Positions 28,016 to 36,341 of a DNA stretch of 64,000 nucleotides are shown here, one piece after another. The stretch spans positions 1,002,458 to 1,066,457 of the forward strand of contig CBDCOW010000003.1 in NCBI GenBank assembly GCA_965219875.1. Reading direction: 5' to 3'. Position 1 is the first letter of the stretch. Every line of letters begins with the position of its first letter. The position numbers and the translations under genes are program-made. A model generated the notes under the pieces. That model was not told the origin of the DNA. It saw only the letters and a program-made list of their open reading frames with translations, and searched no databases. This DNA comes from Dehalococcoidia bacterium (GTDB lineage Bacteria; Chloroflexota; Dehalococcoidia; SHYB01).

Positions 28016-29008
28016 TTAAAGTGCCTTTGTCTCCTCTCTTTCCTTCCTACGGTAGTAGTAGGCCAATTGCTGGCAGCTTTTATCGCAGTACTTCTGCCGA
28101 CCGTGCATTGGCTCAAAATAACGTCCACAGCCAGCTCGCTCACAAAGCATCGCAGGACGGCTACGCCCCGAGAGTTCCAGCATGAAATGTGTGTAGAGCG
28201 AGCTCAATAGGCAGTCTGGAAAGAAGAAGATCTCACCTTTACGAAAGGGGAGCACGGCGGGACTGACGTGGCCCCTTAGGCTGCTGTTAACCTCTCGATG
28301 CACAAAGTAGCGGACTGGTTCTACGGGATCTCCATAATTCCAGCGTTCCAATAGCTCTACATCATTACCGTTCTCCTCGTGAGCTAGTACCCTCACTTCC
28401 GAGTGTCTCGTGCGGGTGGCCAGATCCTTGTCCCGGCGTAAGTAATCACGAAACTCGTCGGGGCGATGCCGCATGAATTGTGCGAGGTCGGGTCGGAGCT
28501 TTCCGTCTATGTCCACGAGATAGAGTCGAACCTGTTGCGGTGTGCCCTGTGACGTCCACTCGACCAATTGACTCAATTCCCTCCGGCCTCCCCGCATGAT
28601 GAACTCCCATAGGGAGACCAGTCGGGCCATGCGCTCGATCTCCTTCTTCCAGACCCCAACAGGCTCCCCGATTACCATTCGCTGGTCGCTCGAGCCTGAG
28701 TCCTCAAGCCATGACCCGTGACCCAGGAGCCCATATTTGTCGGCGAAGGCAACGATGGACTCGGCAATGGGCTTAGTCCGAGCAAACCGCCTGTGCAGAT
28801 TAGCAACGGCCAGTGGTGAGTACTGGCGCACGTACAGGCTGTCCGGTCTGACCAACCAGGGTCCGGCAGTATTCTTCCCAGTCCCCTTGTCATCAACTAC
28901 GACGAGTTCCTCACGCAAGCTGAAACCATCCTCAGGCACTCGGAGGAGAGCTGCAAATGGTCCTCGTGTCATTGCCCGGAATGGCTGTCGTTCTCCCTCT
29001 AGCGTCAT
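28016..29008 (-). CDS. Hypothetical protein with C-terminal Cys4 zinc ribbon (islet gene)
   Basis: 331 aa from ATG 29008. C-terminus LCERAGCGRYFEPMHGRQKYCDKSCQQLAYYYRRKERE. No recognisable catalytic domain. Lower GC than the genome background. Confidence 0.5.
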   Translation of the reverse strand: MTLEGERQPFRAMTRGPFAALLRVPEDGFSLREELVVVDDKGTGKNTAGPWLVRPDSLYVRQYSPLAVANLHRRFARTKPIAESIVAFADKYGLLGHGSWLEDSGSSDQRMVIGEPVGVWKKEIERMARLVSLWEFIMRGGRRELSQLVEWTSQGTPQQVRLYLVDIDGKLRPDLAQFMRHRPDEFRDYLRRDKDLATRTRHSEVRVLAHEENGNDVELLERWNYGDPVEPVRYFVHREVNSSLRGHVSPAVLPFRKGEIFFFPDCLLSSLYTHFMLELSGRSRPAMLCERAGCGRYFEPMHGRQKYCDKSCQQLAYYYRRKEREETKAL

Positions 29009-29129
29009 CTTTATCCTCCTAACAGAAGTTCGATGCAAACTAGATGTATATACTCTAACAATGTAGCTTTAAGCGCGTTATTATGATTATAACCATAGAA
29101 ACCATCAGTGAGAAAGGGGTAGTCGGATT

Positions 29130-29411
29130 ATGGGCACGAAAGTATCATTTGAAGCTCGGTCTATTCTGCAGGAGGCAGTTTGCGGAGATGGCCTAATCAG
29201 CTTCACTCGTACCTTTGGTGGACAGTCCATCGCCACGAATGGTAAGGCAATGATTCCAGATGAGAAACCGAGAACCATCGCTCAATGGATCGGTGGCCTT
29301 GAGGAACTAGCACGGCTTGGCTACATCAGGGACATCGGTTACAAGGGAGAGGCGTTTGAGGTTACAAGAGAAGGTTACGAAGCGGCAGATGAGATACTCG
29401 ATACTGTCTAG
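29130..29411 (+). CDS. Hypothetical small protein (islet gene)
   Basis: 93-aa ORF preceded by AAAGGGG 8 nt upstream. Divergent from 28016..29008 across an AT-rich promoter region. Confidence 0.4.
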   Translation: MGTKVSFEARSILQEAVCGDGLISFTRTFGGQSIATNGKAMIPDEKPRTIAQWIGGLEELARLGYIRDIGYKGEAFEVTREGYEAADEILDTV

Positions 29412-29600
29412 CTCCGTCTGATGGGGATTCGGCGATGCCTAATGGGCCCCTATTCTACGGACTGGCCTCCATAGCAGCTCATCCCGCAGGAGCATCCACT
29501 TTCGGGGCTCAAGGGAGAGTCTAACCTGAGGGAGGGAGACGTGGGAGTCCCAAGCCGCCATTACCTATGAGGAGAGACCGCAACCGGAGGAGAAGAGCAT

Positions 29601-29750
29601 ATGAACGAACGAACTGTTTACGAGTTCCCAGGCTCCGATCGCGAGTTAGAGATCGACTCAGATGTAGCATGGCACACTGGCCCTGGCCGAGGCCGGGTAC
29701 ATGTTTCCCCGGAGGCGGGGCAGGTGATCGTCCACCCAGGCCAAGGTTAG
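29601..29750 (+). CDS. Candidate small ORF (49 aa) with strong RBS, running into degenerate tandem repeats; an amber stop separates it from 24 further in-frame repeat codons (to 29825)
   Basis: GGAGGAGAAGAGCAT precedes the ATG. The peptide is MNERTVYEFPGSDRELEIDSDVAWHTGPGRGRVHVSPEAGQVIVHPGQG, then TAG, then VVVKSGQGQVVVTKDGPGQVIVQG. Confidence 0.25.
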   Translation: MNERTVYEFPGSDRELEIDSDVAWHTGPGRGRVHVSPEAGQVIVHPGQG

Positions 29751-29892
29751 GTAGTCGTCAAGTCGGGTCAGGGTCAAGTAGTCGTGACCAAGGACGGCCC
29801 AGGTCAAGTAATCGTCCAAGGCTGATGGGATGGTGTCCCAGCGATGGGCTCCGGTACCACCTACTGTCCACTATGTTAAGGAAATTCAAACC

Positions 29893-29968
29893 TGGTGGAC
29901 CCGAGGGGAGTCGAACCCCTGACCTCCTGAATGCAAATCAGGCGCTCTCCCAACTGAGCTACGGGCCC
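29893..29968 (-). tRNA. tRNA-Ala (anticodon UGC), CCA encoded
   Basis: Manual fold of the reverse complement: acceptor GGGCCCG/CGGGUCC with the G3:U70 Ala identity pair, D-arm GCUC-AGUUGGGA-GAGC, anticodon stem CCUGA with loop UUUGCAU, T-arm AGGGG-UUCGACU-CCCCU, 3' ACCA. 76 nt. Confidence 0.9.
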
Positions 29969-30012
29969 GCGTGCGAACGCGCCGGACGGTACGGCGTCTG
30001 GTGACGCGCTGC

Positions 30013-31200
30013 CTAGTTGACGCGTTGAAAGATACCGGCGCAGCCTTGGCCGCCGCCGACGCACATGGTGACCAGGGCGTATTCGCCGTCGATGCGGTCG
30101 AGTTCGTCCATGGCCTTAAGCGTCATGATGGCCCCCGTTGCGCCGACGGGGTGGCCGAGGGCGATGCCGCTGCCGTTGGGGTTCGTCTTCTCGATGTCGA
30201 GGCCGAGCTCTCGGATGCAATACGCGGCCTGGGCGGCGAAGGCCTCGTTCAACTCGATGACGTCGATGTCATCCAGCGTCATGCCGGTGCGCTTCAGGAC
30301 CTTGCGCACCGCGGGGACGGGGCCGATGCCCATGACCGAGGGATCGACGCCGGCGACGGCGCGCGCGATCCAGCGGAGGCGCGGCTTAAGGCCCAGCTCG
30401 TCGGCCTTCCGCTGCGACATCACCACCACCGCCGCCGCGCCGTCGTTGATGCCCGAAGCGTTGCCCGCCGTCACCGAGCCGCCCTCCTTGAAGGCCGGCC
30501 GCAGCGCGGCGAGCGCTTCGAGCGTGGTGCCGGGGCGGGGGTGCTCGTCGGTCTCGACGATCTTGGGGTCGGCCTTGCGTTGGGGCACGGCGACGGAGAC
30601 GATCGAGGGTTTGAAGCGTCCCTCCGCGATGGCGCGTCCGGCGCGCTGCTGGCTCATCACGGCCAGCTCGTCCTGCTCCTGGCGGGAGACCTCGAAGCGG
30701 CTCGCGACGTTCTCCGCCGTCACCCCCATATGGTAGTAGTTCACGGGGCAGTTCAGGCCGGCGATCAGGCCGTCCTTCACCGAAACGTCCCCCATGCGGA
30801 AGCCGTCCCACCGGGCCTGCTTGGGCATCAGATAGGGGGTCTGGCTCATGTTCTCGGCGCCGCCGGCGACGGCGATCTCCGCCTCGCCGGTCAAGATCAA
30901 CTGGGCCGCCATGTTGATCGACTCCAAGCCGGAGGAGCACCAGCGGTTGATGTTGATCGCCGGGACCTCTTCGGGGATCCCCGCGCGCAGCGCCGCCACG
31001 CGCGAAGTGTAGCCGTCGTCGTTCACCTGGAGCACGTTGCCGAGGACCACCTCGTCGACATCCTTGGGGTCGACGTTGGCGCGGCTGAGCGCCTCCTTCA
31101 TGGCGACGGCGCCGAGGTCGACCGCCGAGTAGTCTTTGAACGATCCGCCGAATCTGCCGATCGGGGTACGCGCGCCGCTGACGATAACCGGGTTGTCCAT
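30013..31200 (-). CDS. Acetyl-CoA C-acyltransferase (classical thiolase)
   Basis: VIVSGARTPIGRFGGS, NRWCSSGLESI (active Cys), NEAFAAQ, GHPVGATG, CVGGGQG are all the classical thiolase catalytic loops. Confidence 0.9.
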   Translation of the reverse strand: MDNPVIVSGARTPIGRFGGSFKDYSAVDLGAVAMKEALSRANVDPKDVDEVVLGNVLQVNDDGYTSRVAALRAGIPEEVPAININRWCSSGLESINMAAQLILTGEAEIAVAGGAENMSQTPYLMPKQARWDGFRMGDVSVKDGLIAGLNCPVNYYHMGVTAENVASRFEVSRQEQDELAVMSQQRAGRAIAEGRFKPSIVSVAVPQRKADPKIVETDEHPRPGTTLEALAALRPAFKEGGSVTAGNASGINDGAAAVVVMSQRKADELGLKPRLRWIARAVAGVDPSVMGIGPVPAVRKVLKRTGMTLDDIDVIELNEAFAAQAAYCIRELGLDIEKTNPNGSGIALGHPVGATGAIMTLKAMDELDRIDGEYALVTMCVGGGQGCAGIFQRVN

Positions 31201-31339
31201 GCCGTCTCCTGTGTGGCCTTCGATCCGTCGCCACTTCTGTAGGGGTCATTCTCTGGTAGGCGCATGGGGCTGTCAAGAAAGACCACGCCGCCGGTGGGGC
31301 GAATGGGGCCGGCGTCACCCCCTGTGCTACCATGAGCCC

Positions 31340-32752
31340 ATGGGACGCTCTCGAAGCGCCGAGCCCACCAAGGCCGGGAACGGCGCCCGCCCCGGCAACG
31401 GGTACCGGCGGCTGCCCAGCGTGGACGCCGTGGCGGGCGACCCCCGTCTCGAACAGGCCGTGTCCCGCTACTCGCGGCCCGCTGTCGTCGAAGCGGTACG
31501 CGGTCAGATCGAGCGGGCGCGGGCGCGCATCGCCGCCGGCGAGGCGCCGCCGTCGGAAGACGAGGTCATCGCCGGGGCCGAGGCCGCCCTCTCCCGCGAC
31601 CTCGAACCCTCGCTGCTCTCCGTCATCAACGCCACCGGCGTCGTGCTCCACACCAACCTAGGACGCGCGCCGTTGAGCGCAGAGGCGGCCGAGGCTGCCC
31701 GCCGCGCCGCCGCGGGCTACGGCAACCTCGAAATGGACCTCTCGGTGGGCGAGCGCGGGTCGCGCCACACCCACCTCGACGAGCTACTGCGCCGGATCAC
31801 CGGCGCCGAGGCCGGATTCGCGGTCAATAACAACGCCGCCGCCGTCATGCTCACGGTGCGCGCCGTCGCCCGCGGCAAGGAGGTCGTCGTCTCGCGCGGC
31901 GAGGCCGTCGAGGTCGGCGGCGGCTTCCGCATCCCCGACGTGCTCGCCCAGTCCGACGCCGCGCTGGTCGAGGTCGGGACTACGAACCGCACCTACGTGG
32001 GGGACTACGAGGACGCGGTGACGGAAGAGACCGCCGCCTTCCTCAAGGTTCATCGCAGCAACTTCAGGGTCACCGGCTTCACGCACGAGGCCGGCCTTGC
32101 CGAGCTTGCCGAAGCGGCGGCGCGCCGCGGCGTCCCCTTGCTCTACGACCTCGGCAGCGGCTGCCTGCTCGATAGCGCGGAATACGGCCTCGCCCACGAG
32201 CCGACGCCCGCCGAGGCGGTGCGCGAGGGGGCGGACGTCGTCATGTTCTCCGGCGACAAGCTGCTCGGCGGACCGCAGGCCGGCATCGTGGTCGGCAAGA
32301 GCCGCTACATCGACATTCTCAAGAAGCATCCACTCGTCCGCGCCATGCGGATCGACAAGGCGACGATGGCCGCCCTCCAGATGACGTTGCTGCACTATCT
32401 ACGCGGCGAGGCGGCGGAGAAGCTGCCCATCTGGCGAATGATCGCCGCGCTGCCCCCGGCCCTCGAACGGCGGGCCAAGCGTCTCGCCAAGGCCGCCGGG
32501 CCGGGCGCGGCGGTGCGCGACGGCGCGTCGGCCATCGGCGGCGGCACGCTCCCTGGGGAGGCGCTGCCCACGCGGGTAGTGGCGATTCCACCCGGCGGCA
32601 CCGGCGTCGAGGCCATGGCCGCGGCACTGCGCACAGGCTCACCGCCCATCGTGGCACGCATCGAGCGCGACGCCCTGATCGTCGATCCGCGCACCGTCCT
32701 CCCCGAGCAGGACCGGACCGTGGCCGAGGCCCTCGCCCGGCTCCGCGGCTAG
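31340..32752 (+). CDS. selA: L-seryl-tRNA(Sec) selenium transferase (selenocysteine synthase)
   Basis: VINATGVVLHTNLGRAPLS, GYGNLEMDLSVGERGSRH, VNNNAAAVMLT, EVVVSRGEAVEVGGGFRIPDV, LVEVGTTNRT, KVHRSNF and SGDKLLGGPQAGIVVG with the PLP-Lys match SelA motif for motif. Confidence 0.9.
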   Translation: MGRSRSAEPTKAGNGARPGNGYRRLPSVDAVAGDPRLEQAVSRYSRPAVVEAVRGQIERARARIAAGEAPPSEDEVIAGAEAALSRDLEPSLLSVINATGVVLHTNLGRAPLSAEAAEAARRAAAGYGNLEMDLSVGERGSRHTHLDELLRRITGAEAGFAVNNNAAAVMLTVRAVARGKEVVVSRGEAVEVGGGFRIPDVLAQSDAALVEVGTTNRTYVGDYEDAVTEETAAFLKVHRSNFRVTGFTHEAGLAELAEAAARRGVPLLYDLGSGCLLDSAEYGLAHEPTPAEAVREGADVVMFSGDKLLGGPQAGIVVGKSRYIDILKKHPLVRAMRIDKATMAALQMTLLHYLRGEAAEKLPIWRMIAALPPALERRAKRLAKAAGPGAAVRDGASAIGGGTLPGEALPTRVVAIPPGGTGVEAMAAALRTGSPPIVARIERDALIVDPRTVLPEQDRTVAEALARLRG

Positions 32753-32807
32753 GCTTGGCAAGGCTGAATACTCAAAAGGGCGCTCCCTCCAAACGCCCTC
32801 TCGTGCC

Positions 32808-32843
32808 TTGCTACAGATTCCTTAATAGGAATATAGTGTAGCC
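32808..32843 (+). promoter_or_regulatory. Promoter TTGCTA (32808..32813) - 18 nt - TATAGT (32832..32837) with embedded inverted repeat TTCCTTAATAGGAA; the -10 ends 6 nt before the toxin ATG (leaderless transcript likely)
   Basis: Near-consensus -35/-10 hexamers directly visible. The palindrome in the spacer is a typical TA-operon operator arrangement. Confidence 0.45.
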
Positions 32844-33207
32844 ATGCCCTGGGAGGTCGAGTACACAGACGAGTTTGGGCAGTGGTGGCTAGGGACTAGC
32901 GGAGGGACAACAGGATGCCGTGACCGCCAGGGTCGAACTGATGATGGAGCATGGCCCCAACCTGCCTTTTCCCTTCTCCTCGGGCATAGTGGGATCCCGC
33001 CACGGGGTGATGCGGGAACTTCGAGCGCAGAGCGGCGGCAGGCCCCTACGGGTCTTCTACGCCTTCGACCCTAGGAGAACGGCCATACTTCTCATCGGCG
33101 GCGACAAGACGGGCAACGACAGGTTCTACGAGGAGTACGTGCCGGTTGCCGACCACCTCTACGACGAGCATCTGGAGGAACTGCGCAGGGAGGGACTGAT
33201 CAAATGA
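32844..33207 (+). pseudogene. HigB/RelE-superfamily toxin (mycobacterial HigB2/3-like, COG4683-type) with a +1 frameshift around 32892..32894
   Basis: Frame A gives MPWEVEYTDEFGQWWLG and then garbage. Frame B resumes with GLAEGQQDAVTARVELMMEHGPNLPFPFSSGIVGSRHGVMRELRAQSGGRPLRVFYAFDPRRTAILLIGGDKTGNDRFYEEYVPVADHLYDEHL. Removing one G from the GGG run joins them into a full-length family-typical toxin. Confidence 0.6.
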
Positions 33208-33539
33208 GTGGACGTCATCCGTTCAGCGAGCTGACCAAAGACTTCACGCCAGAGCGCCGCCAGCGCATCGAGGCCTTGAAGGGCGAGATGCTCGCCGAAA
33301 TGCCGCTGCACGAGCTTCGCCGGGCCCGGGAGCTGACCCAACGGGACTTGGCGAACATGCTCAGGGTGAACCAGCCCGCCATTTCCAAGCTGGAGCAGCG
33401 GACCGACGTGTACGTCTCCAGCCTTCGCGCTTACATCGAGGCAGTGGGGGGAAAGCTGAAGATCGTCGCCGAGTTTCCCGAAGGTGAGGTCGCCATTACC
33501 AACTTCTCCGAAGTGGGTGAGGCCGAAGAAGCTTCCTGA
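33204..33539 (+). CDS. XRE-family HTH antitoxin (HigA-like)
   Basis: LTQRDLANMLRVNQPAISKLEQRTDVYVSSLRAYIEAVGGKLKI is a Cro/C1-type HTH. It overlaps the toxin stop by 4 nt. Confidence 0.75.
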   Translation: MSGRHPFSELTKDFTPERRQRIEALKGEMLAEMPLHELRRARELTQRDLANMLRVNQPAISKLEQRTDVYVSSLRAYIEAVGGKLKIVAEFPEGEVAITNFSEVGEAEEAS

Positions 33540-33612
33540 GGATCGGCGCTGAGACGCGAGGGTTGGGGTGGGAGCCTCTGCGCTGGGGTAGAATCTTGGC
33601 CGGGGGAGCAAC

Positions 33613-36000
33613 GTGGCCATTAGGAAGAAACGAGCGCCCCGGGGGCGCCTCAAGCGCCGGGCGCTCGAAGTCCTCGAATTCGACAAGGTGCGGGCGCGGC
33701 TCGCCCACGCCACGTCGTTTCCGCCGAGCCGCGAGCTCGCCGAGGCCATCGAGCCCTCGTACCTCCCCGCCGAGGTAGCGCGGCTTCAGGAAGAGACCCG
33801 CGAGAGCCTCCGGCTGCTCGACCTGCGCCCCTCGCTGTCGTTCGACGGCGCGGCGGACATCCGGGCCATGGCCCACGCGGGGGCGCTCGGCGGACAACTG
33901 AGCGGCCCCGAGCTACTGCGGGCCGCTGAGACGTTGGTGGTCATGCGCTCGGCAAGGGCGAACCTGACGCGGCTCGCCCGTGAGTTGCCGCTTCTCGCCG
34001 AGATCGCGTCGGGCCTCTGCGAATTCGACGACTTCGTGAAGACCGTCCGCGGCGCGCTCAGCCGGAGCGGCGAGGTGCTCGACGACGCGACCGAGCTACT
34101 GGCGCGGCTGCGCGCCGAGGAGCGCCAGGCCCAGGAGCGCATCCAGACGCGGCTCGAAGAGATCATCGCCTCGCCCGAAGGCCGGCGCGTGCTCCAAGAG
34201 GGGTTCGTCGCCATGCGCGGCGACCGCTTCGTGCTCGCGGTGAAGGCCGAATTCCGCGGCCAGTTCGAGGGGCTCATCCACGATATCTCGTCCACCGGCG
34301 CGACGGTATTCATGGAGCCGTTGACCGTCGTCGAGGCGGGGAACGCCTGGCGCGAGCTCAAGCTTGCCGCGGCCCGCGAGACCGAGCGCATCCTACGCAG
34401 TCTGACCGCGATGCTCGGCGAGCGGGAAGAGGCAATCGCCACTGGCGTCGAGCGGCTGGCCGCGCTGGACCTAGCGCTCGCCAAGGCACGCCTCGGACGG
34501 GAGATGCACGGCGCGGTCCCCGCGGCCCTCGACGACGACGGCGAGGAAGCGGTGCGCCTGATCGACGCGCGCCATCCGCTGCTCGGCGACGACGCCGTCC
34601 CCATGTCGCTGGAGATCGGCAAAACGTACCGAGCGCTCGTCATCTCGGGGCCGAACACCGGCGGGAAGACCGTCGCCCTGAAGACCGTCGGGCTGCTTGC
34701 GCTGATGGCGCAGGCCGGCCTGCCCATCCCCGCCGCAGGCGGCTCGGCATTCAAGGCGTTCGACGGCATCTACGCCGACATCGGCGATGAGCAGAGCATC
34801 GAGCAGTCGCTCTCTACGTTCAGCGCCCACATGGGGACGATCGTCGATATCCTCGGCGCGGCGACGGGGCGCTCGCTCGTGCTGCTCGATGAAGTCGGCG
34901 CGGGCACCGATCCTCAGGAGGGCGCCGCCCTCGGCAAGGCCATCCTCTCCACGCTCACCGAGCGGCGCGCCGTCACCGTGGTGACCACGCACCACAGCGA
35001 GATCAAGGGTTTCGCCAACGTGTCCGGCGGCGTGGAGAACGCCAACGTTGAGTTCGATCCGGTCACGCTGGCGCCGACCTTCCGGCTTGTCGTCGGCATA
35101 CCCGGCCGGAGCAACGCCCTCGCCATAGCCGAACGCCTGGGTCTTCCGCCCAAAGTGCTCGAAGTCGCCAGAAACTCGGTGGGGCAGAGCGCCGCCGAGG
35201 TCGAGATGCTGCTCGAAGACATCCAGCGGCGCCACGCCGAGGCGGAGCGGGAGCGCGCCGGCGCCGAGGCCGAACGGCGCGCGATCGAGTCGGAGCGGGC
35301 CGCCGTGGAGCAGCGGACCGAGGTGCTGGAGGCGGAGCACCGCCAGGCCCTGCTCGAACAGCGCGTCGAGGCGCAGGTGATGGCCGAGGAGATGAAGAGC
35401 CGCCTGCGCCACGCCGGGCGGCGCGTCAACGCACTGGTGAACGAAAAGGGCCGCGACGAGCTCGCCCGCCTCTCGACTGAGGTCAACGAGGTGCGGAAGA
35501 CACTGGGGACCGGGCCGTGGAAAGATGCCCGCCCGCCCGCCGCCGCCGAGGGCCTCAAGGCCGGCGACCTCGTCCGCGTGCGGGGCCTCGAACCCGTAGC
35601 CGAGGTACTCGGCGCCGGAGGCGACGGCCGCCTCCACGTACAGGCGGGACCGCTGCGGATCGAAGTCCCGCTGGACCGTATCGAGGGCAAGGTCGCCAGG
35701 CCAAAGACCGCGCCGCGCCCCGGCTACACCGTGGACGAGGGGGTGAAGCGCCGGGCCCGCGTCGGCGACGAGTTCTGGGTCCATGGGATGCGCGCGCAGC
35801 AGGCCGTCGAAGCCATCGACGAATATATCGAGAAGGCCGTGCTCGCCGAGCACCGCCGCGTGCGGATCATCCACGGGAAGGGCCGCGGCATCCTGCGCGA
35901 CGTCATCCACCACGCCCTCGACCGGCATCCCCTCGTGGGCATGTTCTACGACTCCGAGCCCGGCGATGGCGGCGAAGGCGTCACCATCGCCGAGCTGTAG
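33613..36000 (+). CDS. mutS2: Endonuclease MutS2 (MutS domain + C-terminal Smr domain)
   Basis: Walker A ISGPNTGGKT, LVLLDEVGAGTDPQEG, HH motif and coiled-coil region. C-terminal Smr with IIHGKGRGILR. GTG start 33613 preceded by GGGGGAG. Confidence 0.9.
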   Translation: MAIRKKRAPRGRLKRRALEVLEFDKVRARLAHATSFPPSRELAEAIEPSYLPAEVARLQEETRESLRLLDLRPSLSFDGAADIRAMAHAGALGGQLSGPELLRAAETLVVMRSARANLTRLARELPLLAEIASGLCEFDDFVKTVRGALSRSGEVLDDATELLARLRAEERQAQERIQTRLEEIIASPEGRRVLQEGFVAMRGDRFVLAVKAEFRGQFEGLIHDISSTGATVFMEPLTVVEAGNAWRELKLAAARETERILRSLTAMLGEREEAIATGVERLAALDLALAKARLGREMHGAVPAALDDDGEEAVRLIDARHPLLGDDAVPMSLEIGKTYRALVISGPNTGGKTVALKTVGLLALMAQAGLPIPAAGGSAFKAFDGIYADIGDEQSIEQSLSTFSAHMGTIVDILGAATGRSLVLLDEVGAGTDPQEGAALGKAILSTLTERRAVTVVTTHHSEIKGFANVSGGVENANVEFDPVTLAPTFRLVVGIPGRSNALAIAERLGLPPKVLEVARNSVGQSAAEVEMLLEDIQRRHAEAERERAGAEAERRAIESERAAVEQRTEVLEAEHRQALLEQRVEAQVMAEEMKSRLRHAGRRVNALVNEKGRDELARLSTEVNEVRKTLGTGPWKDARPPAAAEGLKAGDLVRVRGLEPVAEVLGAGGDGRLHVQAGPLRIEVPLDRIEGKVARPKTAPRPGYTVDEGVKRRARVGDEFWVHGMRAQQAVEAIDEYIEKAVLAEHRRVRIIHGKGRGILRDVIHHALDRHPLVGMFYDSEPGDGGEGVTIAEL

Positions 36001-36026
36001 CGCCTCCCTCCCCTCCGGGCCTCTTC

Positions 36027-36240
36027 TCCCCACGGAGACCCTTGCGTAACTCGCCCCTATCCGTCTTTCCCGCGAAAGCGGGAATCCATCCCTCCCGTAG
36101 GGGCGCCCCTGGTGGGCGCCCTCCCCTCTGACCTCTCCCCCTCTGGGGGAGATTTTAGAGAGGGCACGCGCCGCTAGGCGCGCGAGCGCCCGACAGGCGC
36201 TTCTCCCTCCTCGACCCGGTTACGCAAAGGTCTCCCCACG
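36027..36240 (+). repeat. MITE-like structured intergenic repeat bounded by 17-bp terminal inverted repeats GGAGACC(C)TTGCGTAAC ... GTTACGCAAAGGTCTCC
   Basis: The TIRs are directly visible at 36028..36045 and 36224..36240. The interior is a chain of GC-rich hairpins (CCCGCgaaaGCGGG, GGGCGCCCctggtGGGCGCCC, CCCCCtctGGGGG). Confidence 0.6.
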
Positions 36241-36341
36241 GGAGAGGGCAGGGTGGGGGGCCCCCTTTCGACCACCAAAGCCCCTCGAAGCCCATCCAAA
36301 AGACTGCTAGCATTGCGCAAGACTCGCGCGAGCAAAACGAC

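Noticed and set aside
26990-29892. Integrase and att-site direct repeat for the tRNA-adjacent islet
   Set aside because: No integrase- or transposase-like ORF is found in or next to the islet. No convincing repeat of the tRNA 3' end is seen at the distal boundary. The islet may be a remnant.
29567-30004. 145-aa ORF overlapping tRNA-Ala
   Set aside because: It reads through the tRNA gene and the repeat region in a frame with no RBS. The tRNA fold is unambiguous.
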